DNA of 64,000 nucleotides, from the NCBI RefSeq assembly GCF_001194135.2, contig NC_068994.1, forward strand, positions 17,360,992 through 17,424,991, in the 5' to 3' direction. Positions 37,056-49,688 of the stretch are shown here, in pieces. How positions within the stretch are numbered: position 1 is the first letter of the stretch; each line of letters starts with the position of its first letter. A program made the position numbers and the translations under genes. Source of the stretch: Octopus bimaculoides (taxonomy: Eukaryota). The notes below the pieces were generated by a model that had not been told where the DNA came from, searched no databases, and saw only the letters and a program-made list of their open reading frames with translations.

Positions 37056-38030
37056 ATAGTGTTGGTCCACCTTTGGTGTCAATCACAACTTTAATACGTT
37101 GAGGAATTGGCTAGTATAGGTTCTGAGTGGTTGTAAGCAGAATTATGAGCCATACTTCAAGTAAAACCTGCTTCAGGTCTTTTAGCAACGATGACAGAAG
37201 GAAGTAGCTCGCCACTTGTTGCTCCTAAATCCACAATAAATGTCTGATTATGTTGAAACCCAGTAACTGGAAGAAGCCAATTTAAGTGGTCTCCTTCACT
37301 TTTGTGTTCTTTGTACCAATTTTGAATAAAATTAAACTATGTTAATTGGTATATTATCATTCTAAAAGACTACGCTACCATCATGGAACATTGTCTGTAC
37401 CATAGAATGGACACAATCAGCCAAAATTCTCAGATAATCCTTGGCATTAACTCTTATGCAGAACAACTGAAGGGCCAATAGAACACCCTGATATGATTGT
37501 CCAAATAATTGCCAAGCCACCTCCATAACTGCGGAGCCACCTACTTCATGGTAGGGGCCAAGCAACCAGAGTCAAAGGCTTCTTTGTGCTGTCTCCAGTC
37601 ATGAACTTGTCCCAAATTGGGGTAAATAGATAAATAATGATTTATCAGAGAGATGACATTGTTTCTTTAAGCCACTGACCACTTCTGATAGTCTGGACTC
37701 GGTTTTCCCCTCTTATCAATGTTGATGGAGGACAGGTTTAGCAATTGCAGCCCCTTCATGGTATTCAGCTTTATGGAGCTCATGACATGTGGTTTTGGTG
37801 GTTGACAAAGTGGTGGTTTCGCTCTGCTGTCACTTTTGCTGGTGTTGTTCCATGGTCTTTAGACACAATATGTTTCACTATTTTGTGGTCCCTTTCTGTG
37901 GAACTTTGCCTTCTGTCCAGAATATGTTTGCCAGAGCTGACATTAGATATGGAATGCCAACAAGGTTTTAGAGACTGTGCCTCCCAAAACCTTGAACAAT
38001 TCAGCAGTTTTAGTTAATGAAGCTCAAGCT
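37056..38030 (-). mobile_element. Degraded Tc1 (DD34E-type) transposase
   Basis: GGSAVM...AKDYLRIL...VHSMVQTMFHDGSVVF and terminal IPQRIKVVIDTKGGPT. Confidence 0.8.
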
Positions 38031-38734
38031 ATCTGTACTCCAACAATTTGTCTTGTTTGGAAATCAGGTAAGTTACACGTTTTAATTTATTTAGATATAA
38101 GTATCAACAAGAAAAAAAAAAAAGAATAGCAGAGGTCTATATCAAGAAGTAGAAGGCACAAATGATGCATATGAACACATATATATATATAAAGACTCGA
38201 ACAGTTTTGAATTTGTCATATTGTCAAAAAAAATATATATATAGTTAAATAGTAAGCAGTGTTTACATTATTTCGTCCAAACCCTGAATATGTCTGTGTT
38301 TGTATGTGGTATATATATAGGAGGGATGATATGTTTGTATGTGTACATATATGTGTGTGTGTTTATATGTTGCATCTGCTTTGGTGATGATGCTTATTGA
38401 AGCAGAAAGATATGTCCTCAGTTGTTCACATCTCCCTACACATTCAGACTCTTTTAATGGTATGTCAGTTTTGGAGATTTCTTTATTCTTGGGATCATTT
38501 CATCTGGAGTTGGAGATTATATATATTTATATCCCCCCCACACACACACACACACGCATGCCGTGGTATGTGTAAAATTGATTTTGTGAGTCAAGCCTAA
38601 TAATATATTGGGTCAGTTTAATGTATTATTATACATGTAACTTGTTATTAGTATGTTAAATAACATTATTCAAAACTTCCAATTCTTGCCTGAAATCCAA
38701 AGTTAGTTTTTTTTTTTGCTTCTGTTTTCTTCAG

Positions 38735-38746
38735 CATATCTGTGAG
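38735..38746 (+). CDS. Candidate 12-nt microexon catatctgtgag
   Basis: Acceptor ttttttttttttgcttctgttttcttcag|, donor GAG|GTACCC, frame-preserving length. Confidence 0.35.
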
Positions 38747-39044
38747 GTACCCCATTTTTCTCTTTTTATTTAAAGATGTTCTTTTTCTTATGTTTAACTG
38801 AGACACAATGATTTATTTACTGATTGTTTGTTGATTGCAAATGTTTGCTAAATCTCTTTCTCATTTCAAAAGCACATAGACATTAGGAAATGCATCTAGC
38901 TGTAGAAACCATACCAAAGCAGACACTGGGGCACGTTGCAGTCCTAGGACCCATTGTATCTTGTCAAACTATCCAGTCCATGCCAGCAAGGGACAGGATG
39001 TTAAATGGTGTTCATTATTTATAAACCATTTATATGTTGGTTTC

Positions 39045-39230
39045 AAATTTTGGCACAAGGCCAGCAATTTAAGGGAACGGGTAAGTTAATTACATCAACC
39101 CCAGTGCTCAGCTGGTATTTATTTTATCAACCTTGAAAGGATAAAGGGCGAAGTCGACCTTGGCAGAATTTGAACTCAGAATGTAAAGACAGATGAAATG
39201 CTGCTAAGCATTTTGCCCAGCTTGCTACCT
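39045..39230 (-). mobile_element. Family B SINE
   Basis: Same motif series as the other family B copies. Confidence 0.75.
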
Positions 39231-39526
39231 TAAACCATTTATATATTAGCTTGTTAATAGGAAAACAATTTCCAGTGGCTATAAACAAATAATTTTAAAA
39301 ATGTAAAATAACTACATATATCCAGTATTTTTGTGGAGTTTGTGGTTGGTCCCATTAACCAAATTTATAGGGTTTAAATTGCTCAATCATCTCAGAAGTT
39401 TTATTTCTTAAATACTATATATACTGTTTGGGTATAAGGTGTAATGGATCACTTTAGGAGCCCTTGAGAATCTGAATGTAGTTTCTTGAACAATCAGGTA
39501 TTCTCTGCTTCATTCAGCGTCATCTA

Positions 39527-39569
<43 letters not shown>

Positions 39570-40031
39570 TGCTTCTATTACTATCTACTTTAATGTCCTG
39601 CTTTCCACTCACCTGTGCTTAAGAAATTTATTTATGTGTTTGTGTTCATATTTATAAGTATGTGTGAGTATGTATTATCTATGTGTGTATGAGTGTGTGT
39701 GTGTGTTCATTTATTTGTTTGTTTGCTTATTTCACTGCAGTGCAGCAGCATCAGACAGCTTCACAATAAGTATGGTCCTGTGCTGTTGAGGAATTGTTGC
39801 TAGTTGTACAGCAGCTGCAACAATCAAACGATCATTAAGTCATTAAGTGTCGTTTGCCTTGCATATCTTACTATAACTTGTGCGTGTGTGTGTGTGTATA
39901 TATATACACACAATCCTGCATGATGCTTGATCACACACACATACATAATATATACACACCTAACATGGGCTACTTGTTCATTAATAAAAAAATTTTCTTC
40001 AATATAATTATTTTTATTATAGTTCTCATAA

Positions 40032-40068
<37 letters not shown>

Positions 40069-40078
40069 NNNNNNNNNN

Positions 40079-40112
<34 letters not shown>

Positions 40113-40129
40113 TATTATTATTATCATTT

Positions 40130-40359
40130 AAGGCAGCGAGCTGGCAGAATTGTTGGCATGCTGGGCAAAATGCTTAACAGCATTTCATCCGCCCTTACAT
40201 TTTGAGTTCAATTTCTGCCGTGGTTGACTTTGCCTTTCATCCTTTCACGGTCAATAAATTAAGTACCAGTGAAACACTGGGGTCAATGTAATCGACTAGT
40301 CCCCTCCTCACAGATTTGAGGCTTTGTGCCTCCAGCAGAAAAGATTATTATTATTATTA

Positions 40360-40390
<31 letters not shown>

Positions 40391-40610
40391 GGTGGTGGTG
40401 AGATGGCAGAATTGTTATCACACTGGGTGAAATGCTTAGTGGTATTTTGTCAGTCGGTACATTCTGAGTTCAAATTCTGCCAAAGTTGACTTTGCCTTTC
40501 AGCCTTTCGGGGTCAATAAATTAAGCACCAGTGAAACACTGGGGTCATTGTAATTGACTAGTCCCCTACCCCCAAATTTCAGGCTTTGTGTCTTTAGTAG
40601 ACAGGATTAT
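40130..40610 (+). mobile_element. Two tandem family B SINEs separated by (ATT)n
   Basis: Both copies flanked by ATT microsatellite. Confidence 0.85.
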
Positions 40611-41876
40611 TATTATTATTATCATCATTATTATTATTATTATTATTGCTACTGTTGTTATTAATTTCTCTTTTTGATTTACAAATCAAGTTGCAAAGTA
40701 TTTTTTTTTTTACATTTCTTCAGAAATATGCAAATATCTTCTCATAGCTGTTTGTAATTGGTATGTCACAACAATATGTAGGCACACCTCTTTATTTTTT
40801 TTTTTTTTAATCAAACTGAATGATTTATATTATTTATGAGTGATTGAATGAATGCCAGTCACATTGTTGTAGTGTTGTGTAGCCCCGAGTCATCTCTGAT
40901 TGAGCAAACCTGTGATGGAAAACATTCCAGTTGTTTCAATCCCACCTTTTGTATATCAGAGATTTCATTTAAAATGTAAGGGAGAGATTTGTTTACTACT
41001 TCTAGCATGTGAAGCAAACATTTAGAAGTTCTTTCTTTAGTGGTTGACACATCTATGTCAATCACATTGGTATAGATCCGTATCCACTTTGACAAAATAA
41101 GTGCCAGTAATATACTGGGTCAATTTAATTACCTATATCTTCTCTTCATATCAAAAGAAACCACCAATTCATAATACATTTGACCCAAAAATTAGACGAC
41201 TCAAGACTCATTTAAATCCAAGAAATCACAGAATACCTCAGTCATATATTACTATAGATTTTCCCCAATACTTTTGTGACTGTGTTAAGAAGTTCACTTA
41301 TCAACCACTTAGTTTCTGTCCCGCTATGTGACATCTTGAGCAAGTGTCTTCTACTATAGCCTCAGGCCAAGCAAGACCTTGTGGTTTTAATACACAAACT
41401 GAAAGAGCTTGTCATGTCGGGCCTCACGGAGGCAAAGTAGCTGAGTACCTTTTGAACATTGGGCCTTATAGAAGCAAAGTGGCCAAGCTCCTTTCGAGTG
41501 TTGGACCTCACAGAGGCAATGACCAAGATCTTTGGCATTATGCTGTGCTTAAGAAGACCCATCAAGCCGAGCAAAATTACAGTCACACAAATGGCACCCA
41601 TGCTGGTGGCATGTAAAAACACCCATTACACTCTGGTTGGCATTAGGAAGGGCATCCAGCCATAGAAAACCATGCCAAATCAGACTGGATCCTGGTGCAG
41701 CCTTCCAGCATGCCAGCCCGGTCAAACCGTCCAACCTGTACCAGCATGGTCAACAGACGTTAAATGATGATATTTGTTTTTGATATTTTACTTTGGCATT
41801 ACAAGATCAATAAACTGATGTAGAACTCCATATACATGTGCTTCAGAACAAGGCATTAGTTGAGTACAGAGTGGTA

Positions 41877-42163
41877 ATAAGAAAATGAGATGACAAAGGA
41901 ATAAATGATAATCTTACAAACCTCATTAGCTTACAGCTGTTTCTGCTATAAGATGCAGTGGACTCATTGTTGAGTGCATTAATAACACCTTATAGCTTCA
42001 TTGGAGCCTTGTATAGGAAACTTCATTTTGAGGCTCTGATGAAGCTATAAGATGTTACTCAAGTACTCAACTAAAAGTCCACTGCATCTTGTACCAGAAA
42101 CAACTGTATACTAATGAAGTTCATAAGATAATCATTTATTTCTTTGTCATCTCATTTTCTTAT
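41877..42163. repeat. Foldback element: approximately 135-bp inverted arms, about 80% complementary, short loop
   Basis: ataagaaaatgagatgacaaag...gagcct pairs with aggctc...ctttgtcatctcattttcttat. Confidence 0.9.
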
Positions 42164-42780
42164 ATATATTTATATATGTGTGCGTATGTGTTTTTTGTGT
42201 CTCCTTGTGTCTCAAATATTAAAATTGGGAAGGTGAAGAGGCAAGCCTTGCTGTTTGTTGGTTTTTAGTTCTTAATAAAAATCATGCCTCTCATGTTTCC
42301 TAAGGCTGACAAAATAAGTAATATTAGTGTACTGTTGCCCTTCACCTGTGTCATAAAATGCACTCAGTCTAATTACAGAATACAGCTATTTCTGGAATGC
42401 ATCATACCAATTTTAGTTATTTAGTGCTGGTGCATTAATAGTGTTTTACTTCAATATTATTTTGTACTGTAGAATATATTTATAGGTTTTAACCAATACT
42501 ATATGTCATAAACAAATGTAAATGTCTTGTCTTCATAAACAATATCTTTGTAGACAGAAAAACAGAAAATAGTTTCAGTTAAACTATTTTCAGTACTGTG
42601 TTAGGATTTCATGAGTGGCTGAGTATTCTCTTTAACTGTTCACACAGACATTTCTTATAAACCTATTACTATTAAAGGCTTAAGTAAATTAGATAGACCA
42701 ATTTATATAATGCATTCTTGGCAGATGGCTTGGTTAGTAAATTACTGGTACATTATTAGTGATTTGTTTCAATGTTATTA

Positions 42781-43186
42781 TGTGGCTGTATGGCAAGAAG
42801 TTTGTTTCCCAATCACATGATCTCAGGTTCAATCCCACTGCATAGCATCTTGGGCAAATGCCTTTGACCACAGCCCCAGGCTGACCAAAGCTTTGTGAGT
42901 GGGTTTGGTTGACAGAAACTGAGAGAAGCCCATCGTATATATACGTATGTATGTGTGTATGTGTCTTACTCTGATAGTTGTAAACAAATGTCACTGCCAT
43001 GTAAGCAGTTCCCTTCATTTCCACACTTCCGTGAAAATATATCTGGCCAAAGGGAACAGGTAAGGGAACATGCTTGGAAATAGGTGAGGGTTGGTGACAG
43101 TAGGGTATCTGGCTCTAGAGAATCCACCTCCACAAATTCCATCCAACCCATACTAGGATTGAAATGTGCATGTTAAATGATGCTGA
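42781..43186 (+). mobile_element. CORE-head SINE with alternative tail
   Basis: Head, core, microsatellite, then tail ending gttaaatgatgctgat. Confidence 0.75.
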
Positions 43187-43559
43187 TATATACTTCAGAG
43201 AATATCAGTTTTAGCCAACACTATATAAGAGACAAATGTTAACTCGTCTTTATATGTAGTATCTTCATGAACAAAAAAAGACATTTCAACTGGCCTAGTT
43301 TCACTCCTATGTAGGGATTTCATCAGTGACAGCATCCAATCTCTACTTATAAACCCAACATTACAAAGGGCTTAAGTAAATTAGACCAATTTATACATAT
43401 GAAGACAGTCTTACAGCAATAAATTGCAAATTTGTTATTTGTTTCAATGCTATACTGAATTAGACTTTTTCTGTAGAGTCTGTTACCAACACTGTGTAGA
43501 CAGCTATAAACACATCTTCATTATATAGTAATTTCATATAATATTTCATTGGTCTTTAA

Positions 43560-43776
43560 CCCTTTAAGGTTGGGTATAAACAGCTAGTTTTTTTTATGTG
43601 GGATGCAAAAAGAAAAGGGAAAAACACAAGAGGATAATCAATCAAATATCTTATAACACAAATGTGGCTTATTTACCACACCTGTCTTCAGAATTTAGCA
43701 GTGTGTCAATAAGCCACATCTGTTCTCTGCAGAAGAAAGCATGTTGTGTCACTAAACCACACCTGGGCTTAAAGGG
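43560..43776. mobile_element. piggyBac-type MITE, distinct family
   Basis: TTAA|ccctttaag ... cttaaaggg|TTAA perfect termini. Confidence 0.7.
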
Positions 43777-43898
43777 TTAATGAATCCCCAACACAGGGTT
43801 GATACCAGTTTAGCGGATGCCCTGTTTCCATTCGCAAAGAGATTGTATATAAAAACAAAGTGTTTGCATCTATCTGTCCATACAGTGTTGCTAAAAGT

Positions 43899-43977
43899 TT
43901 ATAGTAGTATAGTAAGTGCTAAGTATCCTTGCCTGTCATGCAGGAAACTGGGGTTCAATTCCCTGCCAGGGAAACCA
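43899..43977 (+). pseudogene. tRNA-Asp(GTC) pseudogene
   Basis: agtatagt..aagtatccttgcctGTCatgcaggaaactggggttcaattccctgccagggaa aligns to canonical tRNA-Asp; acceptor stem broken; anticodon at 43935-43937. Confidence 0.8.
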
Positions 43978-45349
43978 TTTAGAAATTTATATATATGAAT
44001 TATGGACTTTCCTGTTGTAGACAACATATGAAAATTCTTTGATTTCTTGCTGAACAACCTGCACAGATTGTTTATAGTGATCAAATGTTTGTGTTATATG
44101 ATAGTTCACTCCTTCTATCAAATCAAGGTTACCTATATACAAGTGCATGGTGTGCCATACATCAAATGTTGAAGTGATTGTAGAGCAGTGTGAAAAGAGG
44201 TATTTTACTCAAGAATACAATGGATTGCCAGGTCCAGGAATTGAAGCCATGATCTTGTGATCATAAGTGCAACACCCTAAGCACTAAACCACATGCCCTC
44301 ACAGGGCACATGGCCTAGTGGTCCTATGTATGTTCTGTTGTACAGTACATATATGTATGTTCTATAGTGCATTGTAATATTACAACAAAACACCATTAAG
44401 TACTAGTAATTTAATATATATCTTTTCAACCAGACAGGTTGTGTGTCTTGGTTGGTTTGACTTTCAATAGATCCTCTTTGCTTTCACCATCAACCTGTTT
44501 CTCTGACTGTCAGTCAAGCCAGCATCTGTTTTTTTTTTTCCTTTTTTGATAGTCTTTCTTTCTCTTGTTTTGTATTGGTGCAAGCAATTCATGAACACTT
44601 GGAGGCAAGCCTGAATGATGAATTTAGCATTTAGCAAGTTTTTATATGAAATCTCTTTTTTTTTTTCATCTCTCTTCACCTTCCTTAAATTGGAATAGCA
44701 TTGAAAAATTGTACTTTTATCTTTGGCTATAATCTATAGTATGGTACCAGAACTGCACACACATTAACTCTCTCTCTTTCTCTCTATCTCTTTCTCTCTC
44801 TCTCTCTCTCACACCACACACACACACACACATTGATATATTATACTACCAACTTCTAATGGTATTGACCACTTCCATTCTATCTTTTTGTCTCTCCAGC
44901 TGAATGAATTGTCGTCAATTAATCAATGATTTCCTTTGACCAATTATGAGAAACATTCTGTAAGAGGAAGAGTATATAACTAATAGTATCAACCCCTTAG
45001 CATTTCTGTCTGATTATTTTATTCTTATAAGAAAAAATGAAATAGTAAAATCAATGATATTTACAATATTTGAACTAAAAAAAAATTAACTTCCAAAACA
45101 AAAGTACCATAAAAGTGATGAAATAGCCAAGTGGATGAAATATTTGGTTAGCAGTTCATAACTCATGAGTTCAAACTATGATACAAGTGTTTCATTGTAT
45201 TACTGAGTGGGGATAAATTCTACATTCTTTAGATGACCCAGCCATTAAAACAACACATTACATTGTGTTATATTTGTTTGAGAAACACTATGGAGAAACT
45301 GCTTTAATATAATCTTCCTTTGAAGATCATATAATCTCAAGAAGTTATC

Positions 45350-45405
45350 TTCATTTTGAAGCAAACCTGATTCTTTGTTCATTTTGAAGCAAACCTGATT
45401 CTTTG
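45350..45405. repeat. Perfect 28-bp tandem duplication
   Basis: ttcattttgaagcaaacctgattctttg occurs twice. Confidence 0.95.
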
Positions 45406-45544
45406 TTCTTTATACAAACATCATATCAACAATCCAATTTTCTTTTTTTCACATTATTTATGCTAACCTATAATTGTTAGTTTTATGATCTTAATATCTG
45501 TTAGTATCACATCTCAATGGTTTCACATCTTTACTGCTTTTTAA

Positions 45545-45850
45545 ACATTTATTAGGCTTTAGGCTGTTTTAGAGGAAGGGGCTGCACTTTTCATGCTCTC
45601 CATGACCAGTGAGATTGATGCCGTTGATATTTCACTTGATCTGATGCAAGTCAACAGTTTCAGGGAGGGAACCGCAGAGGGCCGAAACCATGGGGAGAAA
45701 TGATTTTGGCAGGAGAGTCAGGACATAATATGGGGAATAAGAGGAGGTGAAACAAGCAAATCAGAAGAGCCCAGTTGGAAGTGATTCGAAATCAGTCACT
45801 GCTGAGCAGCATCTCCCACATTAGTGGCACTAGAAAAGGCAAAATGAGAA
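45545..45850 (-). mobile_element. L2-type LINE 3' remnant
   Basis: SFLP..S.L..SLPETVDLHQIK*NINGINL; homologous to the 47015-47300 segment. Confidence 0.65.
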
Positions 45851-47014
45851 ACTACAGCATTTTGTGAACCAGAGATTGGGTGTATATGTGTATGATTTTT
45901 ATACCAATAAGTCAAGTAGCTTTTCTTTGGATGTATGTCTTTGTGTGAAGCAGATCCACTAGCCCACATGTGTGAATATTATTCCATTGTGGGTTTTTCT
46001 TGGGTTTTGTTAAGGTTCAATAGTTTTGGAGCTGAAGTATTTTCTGGCTCTGAAGAGGTAGACTCTGAGTTGAGGATGTGTGCTTGCAATATAAAATAAA
46101 TGGTCTTATGCCAATAATACTTTTAAGAAAAGGATGAGCATTACAAATTTTCTTTAACCCCTATAAATGTGAGACCACAAGCCTATATAAGAAATTGAAG
46201 GAAGAGTGCTCTTGTCATTTCTTACTTATTTGGTGTGTTTCTGGACCTGTTTTCTTAATGCCAGTTTAAAATTCTTTTGTCATAAAACTGTGAATCAATA
46301 AGCAACTATCAAAATTTGCTTCTATTTGCAAAATTACTGGTGACTAAATGCAACTGAATGAGAGAATTATTTAAAATAAAATAAACACAGTGGTATTGTT
46401 ATATGCTACAATTTGCAATGGAAAAAAAAAGATAGTTCACAAGTCCACTGATGTTGGTGTACCTGTTGATCTGTTTTGGTGCTTATAATGCCTTATACCA
46501 TTTCATTTAAAACCTTAGTCTGTTAATTAATAATGGAAGTAGCAAGCAATAAAAGAATAAAAAGATAAGCCCTGAAGAGTGAAGAAAAAGGTGAAAACAG
46601 AGGTGATTAGATGTGAGGGTGGAATGGAAAAGAGGTGTATTAAAAAAGAGAGCAAAGAACAAGGATATAAAGTAAACACATGCATGCATGCATATGTACA
46701 CACACATGCATATGTGTGTATGGATGAACACATACACTTTTAGTCTACATAGTTTTAGTCATTTTTTTAGACTTCCTATAAAATTATATTTAACTGATTT
46801 CACTGATTTTATCCATTCATATCTAGGATCTGTTTTAGGAATATGGATTGACTTAGTACCTTGCTGGCACTTGATTTTAACTACTTATCCACCCTGGAAG
46901 GATGAAAGGCAAAATTTAACTTACCAGGATTTGAACTCAGAATGTAAACAATGTAAAGAGCCATACTAATTACCCATTAGGCTTCTTATTTTTTTTTTTT
47001 CAGTTGCTGGGTCT

Positions 47015-47300
47015 GGAGGAAGGGATAATGCCAATAGTCTTTACAGGTCCTCTCAAACCAATAAGATTGATGCCATTAATGTTCCTCTTTAACCTTTGCA
47101 AGTCAGCATTTGTATGAAAGACATGAGCAGTAAGGGACTTTCCAGAAGGTTGATGTTTTGGAAAGGAAGGGGTGAATGTAGTGGCTAGTGCAGGCTTGGG
47201 AGTAGGATAGATACAACAGAGGTGATGAGGGGAAGAGAATCACTAAGCGAAGTTTGCACAAGCCCACCTAATTCCGAGGCGCAAAGGCCATAATAGTATC
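47015..47300 (-). mobile_element. L2-type LINE 3' remnant
   Basis: PFLSKTSTFWK / AHVFHTNADLQRLKRNINGINL. Confidence 0.65.
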
Positions 47301-48539
47301 AGACGATGCAACTATATGCCAGAGGCTGGAGTGTTATACTAATGATTCTGCATTTTGATATTGAATGATCTCTCCATCAAATTGATCAAACCCCTTGTTG
47401 ACAAAGCTTTCCTGATAACAGTGGAGGTCTTCACCCAATAAATTGGTTAAACTTGTTCTTCATTTTCTTCACACTTTGCTCTCATCAGCTGCCTTTGCAG
47501 CAAACACTGACACAGGCAGTTTGTGATAGATGGCATGTGTTTTGAGGGTGTGTGGGTTATCTTTTATTTATTCTTTTGTTTTTATCTTTTTTTTTATATA
47601 TTGTTTGCCAACCATCCGTTAATGATCTCTACTGAATCCTAGCCAAAGCTATTTGCGTATACTGAATAAATCATTATTTCATTATATGATGCTTTAATCG
47701 GCTAGAAAGGAAAAAAAATTAGCTTCAGTTTTCTCATTGATGTGTTTCAGTGTCTTGAGAGAAAGAGAGAGAGTTTATGTGAGTTTGTATGCAAATATGT
47801 GTAGGGGTGTAGGTGGGTGTCTGAATAAACTACTACTAAAACAATGATTCTATGGCTATATCTAAATATTATACTCATTTCAACAGGAAACACAAGTTTA
47901 TCATATAGACTCTGTCTATTGACATTTCATAACACAATACTGAGGCACCTGATCAATGTTGCTTGATCTACCTTGATCTGCCAGTAATAGAGCAAATAAG
48001 CATTACATTACTAGCAAATATGATCATTAATGATTGATTTGGAATCACGAAAAAAAAATAGACAAAATTTATTTCACTTCTCATATTTGATGTATTCTAG
48101 AAAATTCTGTTATTAGATAAATAGTTCCCCTTTTCCACTGTTTTATCTCCATTTTTCCACATTCAAATTTTGGATACTGTTGGAGCAATTTATTTTATAG
48201 CTGGACAACTCTAGATACTGCTAGCCACTTGTATGTGAAGTAAGCAAAGGAGGTCATTGCTATCAAGCTGATTTGAAGGCAATCAGAATTATGCACCTTG
48301 CTCAAGAACACAACCCAATAACTATAGCTAAATTTGAATTTATGCCTGTGAAGTCAATAACCCAGTTACTTAATCACACACCCATTGTGCCTTAGATATA
48401 AAATATACATTGTATGTGTGTATTATACATTATATATTTATAAGATACACCAAACTAAGTAAAATCATGGATATCCTTGCATACAGGCATGTCCTCTACA
48501 TCACTCATTCGAGTAATAGATCTTAGTCTTGTGGGTTCA

Positions 48540-48925
48540 TGGGTGTTGGTGGCATATAAAAGTATCTGTGCTGGTGTTGTTTAAAAACACCCATGCCACT
48601 GCTATGTAAAAGCGCTCGTGCCAGTGCCACAGTAAAAGCACTTGTGGTGGTGCCATGTAAAAGTGCCTGTGCTAGTGCTGTGTAGAAGCATCTGTACTGT
48701 GTAGAAGCATCTGTGCTGGTGCCACATAACAGTGCTGGTGCCATATAAAGGCATTCAGTGCACTCTGTGAATTGGTCAGCATTAGGAAGGACATCCAACC
48801 ATGCTAAAACAAACAAATGGAGCCTGGGCAGCTCTCCAGCTGGTCAACTCCTGTCAAACTGTCCAACCTATGCTGGCATAGAGAATGGACATTAACAAAT
48901 GATGATGATGATGATGATGATGATA
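48540..48925 (+). mobile_element. Family C retroposon with internal approximately 25-bp tandem units (gcacttgtgctggtgccatgtaaaa)
   Basis: Tandem degenerate units at 48560-48750; (GAT)n tail. Confidence 0.75.
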
Positions 48926-49688
48926 TTTATATACATTGTAATAAATATACATGACACATACTAAGTTATTTGTTTAGCATATACATTTGTTATTCTTCCT
49001 TTCTACTTTCAGGGACAACTATCCCATTAGCTAAGTTTGTTATTCTAAAAACTAGCATAAATCACCAAGAGATTTAACAGTCTTTATTCCACTAGATCTT
49101 AAAATAGACAGTCTGAAAGAATTTGAAAGTGGTACACTGACTACTATGGGAGTTTCATGTTTCCAGTCTGATAAATCCCTGTTCACCTAAAACTACAGTC
49201 TTTAAAGTTTTACTCTGATAGAGGCTTTGAGGAAAATATGAAATCTATTGAATATGTCTTGCAAACAACTCGCACATGCAAGTGCTACCAGTCGAGAACT
49301 CCGCATACCGGAAGCTAGCAGGTGTATGGGGTCATCAGGAGAGAATGCGCACCTTTTCGGGGCCTACCTCTCGACGGCATCAATGCACACCAGCCCCCCT
49401 CACTGATATGAGGCCCCGCTTGCTAGATCAACTGGTTATTAAAGACAAAGCTCAATATTTCTCTAGCCATCGCTCATTGTCTCTTTTGAACCAAATCCAA
49501 TGGCTAGTGGCTAGCCTTCTCCACTGTATTTTGGATATCGGTCATGGTGGTATTTACCTTACGATGAGTTAGGCCTAACGATAACAGCAGTCGTCTCACA
49601 CTGTGTCCTACAAACCCTCTACATCCAACTTCGATTGAATATTAATCTACTGAATATTAATTTTAATTTTTTTTTTTTAACTTCATAG

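Noticed and set aside
41419-41540. Three approximately 42-bp spaced repeats resembling a CRISPR-like array
   Set aside because: Degenerate tandem units inside a family C retroposon; no unique spacers; eukaryotic context.
47015-47240. Stop-free minus-strand frame read as a terminal exon
   Set aside because: Homologous to 45545-45850 and matches an L2 LINE C-terminus.
49355-49420. Possible hammerhead (ctgatatga ggcccc)
   Set aside because: No GAAA in the required position.
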